64,000 nt of DNA. Origin: an uncultured virus (IMG/VR IMGVR_UViG_3300047550_002736) (taxonomy: Duplodnaviria > Heunggongvirae > Uroviricota > Caudoviricetes). Of this stretch, positions 40,106-48,656 are shown piece by piece. The translations under genes and the position numbers were made by a program. The stretch lies in IMG/VR virus record IMGVR_UViG_3300047550_002736; one strand, given 5' to 3'. The notes under the pieces are model-generated. The model did no database searches, was not told where the DNA came from, and was given only the letters and a program-made list of their open reading frames with translations. Position 1 is the first letter of the stretch; every line of letters starts with the position of its first letter.

Positions 40106-40736
40106 ATTCCAGTTTTTGTTGTTTGGTTGTGGCACAATTTGCATGATATAATACTACGTTTTTTATTTCATTATTTAGTCTGTTTGTTCCCACAGATGAT
40201 GAAAAGAAAGTAGGAGGAAACAACATCCATTTCAGATCATAATTATTGTCGGCATACAAATTTTTATTGATCAACAATTGTTCCCAAAGACCAGTTTCAT
40301 TTACTTGTTTTAGTATATCAGAAAAAAACTTATGAGTTTTATCTGATGAACGTATCATATTGAATCCAAAGTTAATATTTCCAAATTGAGGTTCGTGAAT
40401 GCCTTCATACAATTCTCTCAGAAACAGAATATCGTGGTTATCATATACTTCATTTAATGCGGGTAACAACGGTCTATAAAACACAATATCAACATCTGAA
40501 AATATAAAAGGTTCTCCTTCTTTGGTATTCTCTATAATCTGCAGTATATAGATTAGTCTACTTTTCCATATATCAAACCCTCCTCCAAACTTTAAATGTA
40601 ATGGACAATCATCAGCAAAGATTGGTGTATCAATGTTAATATCAATCAATTCAAAACTATCTTTATCCAAAAAACTATCTAGACATTTGTTCTTCAACTC
40701 TTCAAATGTGGAATCATACATGTAATAAAATTTCAT
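40062..40736 (-). CDS. nucleotide-diphospho-sugar transferase (GT77-like)
   Basis: FIFSDVDIVF, INFGF, WEQ, YHANC. Confidence 0.6.
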   Translation of the reverse strand: MKFYYMYDSTFEELKNKCLDSFLDKDSFELIDINIDTPIFADDCPLHLKFGGGFDIWKSRLIYILQIIENTKEGEPFIFSDVDIVFYRPLLPALNEVYDNHDILFLRELYEGIHEPQFGNINFGFNMIRSSDKTHKFFSDILKQVNETGLWEQLLINKNLYADNNYDLKWMLFPPTFFSSSVGTNRLNNEIKNVVLYHANCATTKQQKLEFMSYVDSILVSKCA

Positions 40737-41644
40737 ATATTTTTTAAAAATTCAATTAACTTTTTACTATTTTTTAACATGATATCGTGATACATATCCC
40801 GTCTCTGTTGCTCTTTACCTATAGGTTCAAAATTTTCCAATGTCTCTTTAAATTTTATTTCATCCAAAAAGAATGCTTTTCGCACACAAAAAGTTTCATA
40901 CGCATGATCTTCACAATAATGATATGATGTATCAACTTTTTCAATCGTTGGTATAAAGTGAACTAATGATCTATCTAAATGTTCTGAAAATGCGGGGATG
41001 TCACTACATATAATTTCGGCGCCAGTAGATAATCCTTCAAACAAATAATGTCCCCAACTTTCATAAAGACTTGGACATATATGAACACTATGTTGATTTA
41101 ATAATTTTTTTATGTCACGTTTCACCAGATATTGGTTGATGTAGTCTATATTTGACTGTGGCACAAATCTATTAGTTAAATCTACAACGGTAATAGGAAC
41201 AGATTGTTTCATTACCACCTCTGTATTTTTTTGTATTGCTCTACCGTTAAAATGAATGAATTTTTTTGATCTTGGAATACTTGAATCGTAGAAATTATAA
41301 GATATCAGAGGTAGACAAATAACGTCTGGTTTTATTGGTTGTAATAATTTTTTAGCATACTCTGATTTTACAACAACATAATCAAATAAATTCATTCTTG
41401 ATAAATCCGATCCGGCAGCCCATTCTTCGTTTATAAACCATATATTTTTTCTAAAATTTTGAAGTAGATCAAACCGTGGATTTTGTATCCATATACCTAC
41501 GTCACCAATTGTGGTATGATCGACATTATCAATAAACATAATATCTGGCTCGTCATGTAGATTTTTGTAAATTATATCATACAACAACATCGCGTCAGCA
41601 ACGATACCAGCCCTATTATTATAAGTAAGAATCTTAAATTTCAT
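40733..41644 (-). CDS. GT4-like glycosyltransferase
   Basis: HICPSLYESWGHYLFEGLSTGAEIICSDIP. Confidence 0.75.
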   Translation of the reverse strand: MKFKILTYNNRAGIVADAMLLYDIIYKNLHDEPDIMFIDNVDHTTIGDVGIWIQNPRFDLLQNFRKNIWFINEEWAAGSDLSRMNLFDYVVVKSEYAKKLLQPIKPDVICLPLISYNFYDSSIPRSKKFIHFNGRAIQKNTEVVMKQSVPITVVDLTNRFVPQSNIDYINQYLVKRDIKKLLNQHSVHICPSLYESWGHYLFEGLSTGAEIICSDIPAFSEHLDRSLVHFIPTIEKVDTSYHYCEDHAYETFCVRKAFFLDEIKFKETLENFEPIGKEQQRRDMYHDIMLKNSKKLIEFLKNI

Positions 41645-41698
41645 GACAAGTTTTCGAGTATATATATTTATCCGAGTAATGGATGGATTACTATATTT

Positions 41699-42358
41699 AT
41701 GTTACACAGATTAGTAGATAAAGTTTTTTTGATAACTACAATTCAATCAAAAAGATTTGAGTATATTAGTTCTCATCTCAAAGAAAAAGAAATAGATTAC
41801 CAAATAATAATTGCACCAAATTATGAGATAATATCAGATACTATAAAAGTATTGCATAGTGGAAAAGATAGTAGGTCTTCCATAAGTCTTTTATCTACAT
41901 ATCAATCTATAGTAGAAACTGCCAAATTGAGTAATTATAAAAAAATATCAATAATTGAAGACGACTGTTATTTTGTAAAAGATTGGAAATCTATGTTCAT
42001 GCGTTTTTATGACGGTCTACCAAATGACTGGGATTTAATTAATCTCGGTTATCACCCAATACACGATACCGATTCAATTAAAGAATCATTTAACAAATAC
42101 TCTTATATACCAAAAAATTGGCATCATACCACACATTGTATGATGATCAATCATACTGTATTTGATGAATTTTTAAATTTGTATTCAAAGTGGAAATATA
42201 CAATTCCTATTGATTATACTTTTAATGAAATATATAAAAATTCCAACTATAAATCTTTTTGTCCAATTGAAAAAATTGTTTATCAATTATCTGTAAGAGA
42301 TATAGTCTATCCAATAGAAGATGTTGATTTAAGGTTTGAAAGCGCAATTAATTTATGA
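41699..42358 (+). CDS. glycosyltransferase family 25-like
   Basis: DKVFLI, IIEDDC, PNDWDLINLG, TTHCMMI, PID. Confidence 0.7.
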   Translation: MLHRLVDKVFLITTIQSKRFEYISSHLKEKEIDYQIIIAPNYEIISDTIKVLHSGKDSRSSISLLSTYQSIVETAKLSNYKKISIIEDDCYFVKDWKSMFMRFYDGLPNDWDLINLGYHPIHDTDSIKESFNKYSYIPKNWHHTTHCMMINHTVFDEFLNLYSKWKYTIPIDYTFNEIYKNSNYKSFCPIEKIVYQLSVRDIVYPIEDVDLRFESAINL

Positions 42359-43029
42359 AAATAGCTATATGCACTATATCGACCGATAGATATTGGCAAA
42401 AATATAAGGTATTGAGGCAATCAATTGACAAGTATTTTCTTAAAAATTACAATGTTAAAAATTTTGTATACACAGATCAAATGACTGATAATGATGAAGT
42501 GTTTCATATATCACATTTACCCTCTCCCCTTATAACATTAATGAAGTTTAATTTTTTGTTACAAAAACAAGAAATTTTAAAAAACTACGATTTATTATAT
42601 TTTATTGATGGTGATTGTAAAATTGTAGATAATATTGACGATGAAATATTTCCAACAGATGAACTCCCTATAGTGGTGACAAAACATCCATGGCAAGGAT
42701 TTAATAGTAATCAATATGATGATAATCCCATATCAAGTGCGTATGTAGAAGATAGTGGAACAAATCATTATATACAAGCTTGTTTTTTTGGAGGATATAC
42801 CAATAGTGTTTTAGATATGGCCAATCAAATACATGAAATGATACAACAAGATCTCAAGATGAGATATATAGCAAAATGGTTTGACGAATCATATTTAAAT
42901 AAATTTTTATTGAATAAACCGGTAAAATTGTTACATCCTAGATATGCTTATCCAGAAGTGACTGTATGGAATCACATTTTAAATGATACTCCAAAAATAA
43001 TACATGAAAACAGTTTTTCAGTAAAGTAA
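42355..43029 (+). CDS. glycosyltransferase family 6
   Basis: HLP.P.ITLMKF, YFIDGD, Y.QACFFGG, AKWFDESYLNK. Confidence 0.85.
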   Translation: MKIAICTISTDRYWQKYKVLRQSIDKYFLKNYNVKNFVYTDQMTDNDEVFHISHLPSPLITLMKFNFLLQKQEILKNYDLLYFIDGDCKIVDNIDDEIFPTDELPIVVTKHPWQGFNSNQYDDNPISSAYVEDSGTNHYIQACFFGGYTNSVLDMANQIHEMIQQDLKMRYIAKWFDESYLNKFLLNKPVKLLHPRYAYPEVTVWNHILNDTPKIIHENSFSVK

Positions 43030-43734
43030 TCCATATGAAGATTCTGCGGTGTGATATTTTTTGTGATGAAGTATTTTGTGATGTGATGTTTGCCAATTCT
43101 CTGTAAAAAACGGTTCTGTGTATTCTTTATTTTCTCCAGATTCATATCCTGAGAGTCTAAACAATATTGATAAAATTGCGTCTGAATATTTTGCTTTTTG
43201 ATCCAATGTTCTTAAAGTTTCATAATGATTGTTTAACAAGTATACAAACTCTCCATTTGCAATAATTTTTCTATTCATTATAGAACCACCACATCCAACA
43301 TAAAATGTTATGGGAATATTTCGTTTATCAAAATTATGTATATAATCTTGAATGTCTTGGCCAAAAATATTGTGTATATTTTTTGGTGGGCCCATAATTT
43401 CATACTGAATTGGTATGGTATTGATATCACCCCTAAGTTCAATATCATCTTCTAATAGAATTATATAATCAGATGTCAATTGTCTGCATGCTTCTGTATA
43501 CCATACTAACCAATATAATATGTCTGCTTTGGATTTGAACCCAAATACACCTGACCAACTCTTTTCATCATTTCTTTTATAAATTACTCGGTCTGGATAA
43601 CGTTCCCAAAGATATCCAAAATCCTCACCTTGGTCTGAACATAGATAAACTTTGTCGCCACCATTCTTAAAGAAATTGTCAAGAACAAATTCTACCTTAT
43701 CATTATCTTTATAACATTGATATATAGCATCCAT
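43018..43734 (-). CDS. GT-A glycosyltransferase-like
   Basis: DYIILLEDD, GCGGS, ILHHKK. Confidence 0.55.
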   Translation of the reverse strand: MDAIYQCYKDNDKVEFVLDNFFKNGGDKVYLCSDQGEDFGYLWERYPDRVIYKRNDEKSWSGVFGFKSKADILYWLVWYTEACRQLTSDYIILLEDDIELRGDINTIPIQYEIMGPPKNIHNIFGQDIQDYIHNFDKRNIPITFYVGCGGSIMNRKIIANGEFVYLLNNHYETLRTLDQKAKYSDAILSILFRLSGYESGENKEYTEPFFTENWQTSHHKILHHKKYHTAESSYGLLY

Positions 43735-43780
43735 ACGTTAGATATATATTATTAGCAAAGAAATTTGTGATCTTAAATAT

Positions 43781-45151
43781 ATGATACCTTTAGTAAATCT
43801 ACCAGCACCATTCTTGACCGATGAAAAAGCACTTATGCCTCTTGGTCTGTTGTATCTCGGTGCTTCAATTGAACACGCGGGTAGAGACTGTAAGATACTG
43901 GATCTTGCGGGTGATAAAGATTATATAACAAAAGCACTGGATCAGTTGTCTGAATTGAATACCGACGTTGTTGGTATTGGTCTTACAAGTAGTCAAGTTC
44001 CATTGGGTCGCAGATTAGTTCATGCAATCAAAAAAGAATATCCCAAGATACGAATTATTGGCGGAGGACCACACGTGACCCACGCATTTCAAGCATCAAG
44101 AAGACAATCAGTTAGATGTGAAAAACTTATACGTGACTTGAACGATACATACGATGTGTTGGTCATGGGTGATGCTGAAAAAGCAATACTTAAAGCAGCT
44201 GAACCAGACAGTCCAAAGTTGATTGATGCTACTCATAAACTATCGCCATATTATGTTGAAGATGACTATTTGGACACCATTCCATTTCCCGCACGACATT
44301 TGATCGATGTAGACAGTTATTCATATAATTTGGGTATGGTTACGATCAAAGAGAATAATGCAATCAACATCATGTCTCAACGTGGATGTCCATATTCATG
44401 TAGATTCTGTGCTAGTCGTATGGACAAATATGGAAGAACTCTACGTAGAACCTCCAACTTCAAGATCGTAGAAGAAATCAAACATCTACACAAAACATAT
44501 GGTTATACTTATTTTACTTTTTATGACGACGAACTAAACGTTGATCCAAACTTAAATACATTGTTGGATCAACTCAAAGACGTTCAAATGGAGTTGGGTG
44601 TAGCCTTTAAATTCAGAGCATTTGTAAAAGCAAACTTATGCACAAGAGAACAAATGAAAGCAATGGCTGATACTGGATTCAAAGTGATTGCTACTGGTGC
44701 TGAATCTGGTTCTGAACGAATATTGAAGAACATGAATAAAAAGGCAACCAAAGAAATTAACACCAAGGTTGTTGAATGGGTGCATGAGTTTGGTATGTAT
44801 TCTAAGTCAATCATGTCTTTGGGTCATCCCGGTGAAACACCAGAAACATTGGCAGAAACAGAGGCATGGTTGGATCAAGTAAAATTGAGCGACGTAAACT
44901 TTACAATAATTGAATGTTTGCCATCATCAGTATATTTTGATAATGCAATTCAGAACGACAAAGGAGTGTGGGTGTATACAGTTCCAGAGAACGGTGACAA
45001 GTTGTATGACATAGGTATTGATTGGACTGAAGAAGTTCATTTTCACAATGCTGCCCCAGGTCAACACTACAATCCTACAGTTTATACTGATGCTTTGTCT
45101 CAAGATGATTTGATGAAATGGCACACATATTTTAGTAAAAAATTCAAGTGA
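43781..45151 (+). CDS. B12-binding radical SAM protein
   Basis: PLGLLYLG, IGGGPH, PFPARH, RGCPYSCRFC, FYDDELN, GAESGS, GHPGET. Confidence 0.9.
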   Translation: MIPLVNLPAPFLTDEKALMPLGLLYLGASIEHAGRDCKILDLAGDKDYITKALDQLSELNTDVVGIGLTSSQVPLGRRLVHAIKKEYPKIRIIGGGPHVTHAFQASRRQSVRCEKLIRDLNDTYDVLVMGDAEKAILKAAEPDSPKLIDATHKLSPYYVEDDYLDTIPFPARHLIDVDSYSYNLGMVTIKENNAINIMSQRGCPYSCRFCASRMDKYGRTLRRTSNFKIVEEIKHLHKTYGYTYFTFYDDELNVDPNLNTLLDQLKDVQMELGVAFKFRAFVKANLCTREQMKAMADTGFKVIATGAESGSERILKNMNKKATKEINTKVVEWVHEFGMYSKSIMSLGHPGETPETLAETEAWLDQVKLSDVNFTIIECLPSSVYFDNAIQNDKGVWVYTVPENGDKLYDIGIDWTEEVHFHNAAPGQHYNPTVYTDALSQDDLMKWHTYFSKKFK

Positions 45152-46578
45152 AAATAACATTAATAATTCCTCCATCACCATTTTTGTTGGATGAAAAGGT
45201 TTTTATGTCATTGGGCATCCTTAAGGTTGCTGCCGCTTTGGAACCATATCATGATGTAAATGTCATGGACTTGTCGGGAGACCGAGGATATCTACACACA
45301 ATAAAACAATATCTAGGCACCAATCAAGTTGATCTGGTGGGTATTACCGCTACGACACCTCAATTGCCAAATGTAGTGTTGATCAATCAGATAATAAAAG
45401 AATTTAACATACCTGTGATTCTTGGTGGTCCACATGTTACACTGATAAATTCTGCTTACAAAAAAGAACAGTCAAAGAACTTTGTTGGTCGTGCTACAAA
45501 AGCAATGAACAACATAATGAAAGAGTTTAACCGAGTAGTTTGTGGTGACGGTGAATTGGCTGTGTTCAAAGCTATAGAAGGTGAAAAATACGTTGATGCA
45601 GATAATGTGACTTCGGATTTGTTTTTGACCGATAAAAAGTTTGATGAACTTCCATTACCAGCTCGACATCTCATCGACGTTAATAGTTACAAGTTTACCA
45701 TCAACGGAAAAAGGGGATTGAGTTTGATAGGTCAACTTGGTTGTCCTTTTAACTGTGGATTTTGTAGTGGACGAAACAGTCCCACATTCAGAAAGATTAG
45801 AAACAGAACCGTAGACAATATCATCAACGAAATCGATCAACTATATAAAACATATGATGTCCGAGCATTTATGTTTTATGATGATGAATTGAACGTTGGA
45901 ACGTCTGTGTATGAGTTGTTGAAGAAATTAATTGAGTATCAACAACAAAACAACGTGGAGTTTTTGTTTAGAGGATGTGTCAAAGCTGAATTGTTCAATG
46001 AAGTTCAAGCAGAATTGATGTCTAAAGCTGGATTTAAAAAGTTGTTGGTAGGATTTGAATCTGGTTCCGATAGAATTCTTAAAAATATTAATAAGAAAGC
46101 TACCAAAGCCGAAAATACAAGGTGTGTAGAGTTGGCCAGAAAATACAATATTGGAGTAAAAGCATTGATGAGTATTGGTCACCCAGGCGAAAGTGAACAA
46201 ACAATAAAAGAAACCTACGACTGGTTGTTATCAGTTAAACCCGATGAGTTTGACGTAACAATAATTACTGTTATACCTGGTAGCAAATACTACGATGATT
46301 CGATATTAACCGATAATAACATATGGAAATATACTATTAATAATGATAATTTATATTCGGTTGAGGTTGATAACTTTAAAGAGTATGAATATTACAAAGG
46401 GGTGCCTGGACAATATAACTCCTTCGTATATACAGATTATTTAAGTAGAGAACAATTGGTTTATTATAGAGATTGGTTAGAAACTACTGTATTGACTGAC
46501 TTAAAGATAAAGAAAGAATTGAATACAAACAGTTTATTATATGAACATAGTATGGGTCAATCTCCAAACTTCTTCTGA
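45148..46578 (+). CDS. B12-binding radical SAM protein, tandem paralog
   Basis: SLGILKVAA, LGGPH, GDGE, GCPFNCGFC, FYDDELN, GFESGS, GHPGES. Confidence 0.9.
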   Translation: MKITLIIPPSPFLLDEKVFMSLGILKVAAALEPYHDVNVMDLSGDRGYLHTIKQYLGTNQVDLVGITATTPQLPNVVLINQIIKEFNIPVILGGPHVTLINSAYKKEQSKNFVGRATKAMNNIMKEFNRVVCGDGELAVFKAIEGEKYVDADNVTSDLFLTDKKFDELPLPARHLIDVNSYKFTINGKRGLSLIGQLGCPFNCGFCSGRNSPTFRKIRNRTVDNIINEIDQLYKTYDVRAFMFYDDELNVGTSVYELLKKLIEYQQQNNVEFLFRGCVKAELFNEVQAELMSKAGFKKLLVGFESGSDRILKNINKKATKAENTRCVELARKYNIGVKALMSIGHPGESEQTIKETYDWLLSVKPDEFDVTIITVIPGSKYYDDSILTDNNIWKYTINNDNLYSVEVDNFKEYEYYKGVPGQYNSFVYTDYLSREQLVYYRDWLETTVLTDLKIKKELNTNSLLYEHSMGQSPNFF

Positions 46579-46614
46579 TCGTCTTTTTTTATGGTGAGTT
46601 TGTGTAATTTTTCA

Positions 46615-46621
46615 TATTTAT
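46615..46621 (+). promoter_or_regulatory. TATTTAT putative late promoter motif
   Basis: 6 nt upstream of ATG 46628, at the head of a block of virion-type genes. Confidence 0.5.
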
Positions 46622-46627
46622 ATACAT

Positions 46628-47137
46628 ATGTCAAAAATTAACGAATTGGGTGATACCGGCGATAGAATGATGCAAGGTCTACCTTATGGTCAAGGAGGGG
46701 CTATCACTGGTGCATCTAATTGGAATACATTTAGTAGTCCAGATGTAACACAAGATCCTAGTAAGTTTGGAACACTAGACGATAAAAGCAAATTAACTGC
46801 TAGTTCAAAAGATTCTATAAAGAAGATTTCACCATTTGGTCTATACACAGGTCAAGACCCTTGGGACTATGTGAAAGACGTAGAACAAATCAAATATAAA
46901 GTAACACCTGATGAGGTTATTACTGGTATTGATTATGAAATGAAAAAGATGGTATTAAAAGATCGTCAAGTTGCAAAAGCAAATGTAGTAAAGAACCTAA
47001 AGAAAGACCCAAAATACTACAGCAAACTTCATATGTTGGGCGTATATCCTGATGAAAAAGATGAGGCATTGATGGAAATTATGACCATTTTGAAAGCTCG
47101 TAAGTATGCTTTAAAAAGAGGAGAATATTATGAGTAA
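46628..47137 (+). CDS. phage protein with DUF5661-like module
   Basis: GIDYEM...KNLKKDPKYYSKL. Confidence 0.55.
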   Translation: MSKINELGDTGDRMMQGLPYGQGGAITGASNWNTFSSPDVTQDPSKFGTLDDKSKLTASSKDSIKKISPFGLYTGQDPWDYVKDVEQIKYKVTPDEVITGIDYEMKKMVLKDRQVAKANVVKNLKKDPKYYSKLHMLGVYPDEKDEALMEIMTILKARKYALKRGEYYE

Positions 47138-47336
47138 TAATTTTGTTAACTCACAAAAACCTCAATATAGAACTCCAACAAAACTGTCAGGTGATTGGGA
47201 TTATGTGGGCCAACAAGGAAAGTTAAATGATCCTATTATTGGTCATCCAGCTATGCATGGTCGTCGTTGGATGATTGATTATGGATATGGTAGTGGTAAG
47301 AGTTTTGAAAAGTTTCAACAAGGATTAAAGAAATGA
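47130..47336 (+). CDS. hypothetical protein
   Basis: 68 aa ORF with AGGAG upstream, overlapping both neighbours. Confidence 0.55.
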   Translation: MSNNFVNSQKPQYRTPTKLSGDWDYVGQQGKLNDPIIGHPAMHGRRWMIDYGYGSGKSFEKFQQGLKK

Positions 47337-48646
47337 AGATTGTAACATTAGGTGGTGGAAAAGGTGACCTCACAAGACCAGACCAAGTTGATCCAACACA
47401 ACTATCAATTGGTATTCAAGTTGAAATGGAACATACTAACGATCCTAAAATTGCTCAAGAAATTGCTTTGGATCATTTAACGGAAGATCCAGAATATTAT
47501 ACTAAACTTATTAAAGCTGGTTTAGCTGATGAATTTGGCGGGTCTGCTAGCTCTGGTTTGGGTGACCCCGATCAAAGTTTCAATGATCCAGCTAGAGTTG
47601 GTGAAGATGGTATTTTGCCTGGGAATGTCAAAGGAAGCATAGGTGGAACATCTGATGGTCAAGTTGATGGTAGAGCAAGCGAACCATTGATCAACAAATC
47701 AAACAATCCGTTTTTCAACAAACAAAACAAAACTATGGATATAGAATTAGACGAAAAGAAAAAAGGTGGTAAGAAACGACCAAAACCAACAAACCCCGCT
47801 TTATGGGCAAGAGCAAAAGCTGCCGCGAGATCAAAGTTTGACGTATATCCATCAGCATATGCGAATGGATGGGCAGCTAAATGGTATAAAAGCAAAGGTG
47901 GTGGATGGAGAATGAGCGAAGAAACAACATCAAATGAAGGTGTTGTAGCACAAGTTTTCGATGGTCCAAGTCCAACTGAAACATCGCCTGACGGTTTAGG
48001 CACATATGGAAGTGGATACGATTATGTAGGATATGCAGAAAACAAACAATACTCTATGAAAGAAAAACAACTAAAAGAATCAATAAAGAAAATCATTCGT
48101 AAGCACCTTCGTGAACAAGAGGGTGGTGACGAACCAGTAGAAGTTGGTGCTGATCAAGAATCAGTGACTATCACACTTGACAAAGATCTAGCACAAAAGT
48201 TGCACGATCTTTTGATGACTCAACTTGCTCCAGAAGGAAGTGATTTGCCACCAAGTGATGAACCACAATCATCTGCTCCAACACAAGATAATGATCAATT
48301 GCCACCATCTGACAGTGAAGTAGAAACTGGTGGAGACGAAACTGAAGAAACTCCATCAACACAAATGTCAACCGATACAGGTGATGAAGGTGCGGATGAA
48401 GATGCTTTGGGTGAAATTACATTTGAACAATCCAGAGAAATTGAAGAAACTAAGAAAAAGTGGATTCAAAATGCAATCAAACCAAGCAAAAAGGGTGCTC
48501 TTCATAAACAATTAGATGTTCCCCAAGGTGAGAAGATTCCAGCCGGCAAGTTGGCTGCTGCTGCTAAAAAAGGTGGCAAACTAGGTCAACGTGCTCGTTT
48601 GGCAATCACACTAGGTAAGCTCAAGAAGGGTAAGAAGAAGAAATAA
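47333..48646 (+). CDS. modular phage (probably head/internal) protein with DUF5661-like domain
   Basis: GIQVEMEHT...EIALDHL.EDP.YYTKL; PSAYANGW module; KKWIQ...GALH basic module; acidic linker. Confidence 0.65.
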   Translation: MKIVTLGGGKGDLTRPDQVDPTQLSIGIQVEMEHTNDPKIAQEIALDHLTEDPEYYTKLIKAGLADEFGGSASSGLGDPDQSFNDPARVGEDGILPGNVKGSIGGTSDGQVDGRASEPLINKSNNPFFNKQNKTMDIELDEKKKGGKKRPKPTNPALWARAKAAARSKFDVYPSAYANGWAAKWYKSKGGGWRMSEETTSNEGVVAQVFDGPSPTETSPDGLGTYGSGYDYVGYAENKQYSMKEKQLKESIKKIIRKHLREQEGGDEPVEVGADQESVTITLDKDLAQKLHDLLMTQLAPEGSDLPPSDEPQSSAPTQDNDQLPPSDSEVETGGDETEETPSTQMSTDTGDEGADEDALGEITFEQSREIEETKKKWIQNAIKPSKKGALHKQLDVPQGEKIPAGKLAAAAKKGGKLGQRARLAITLGKLKKGKKKK

Positions 48647-48656
48647 TAGAAGTAAT

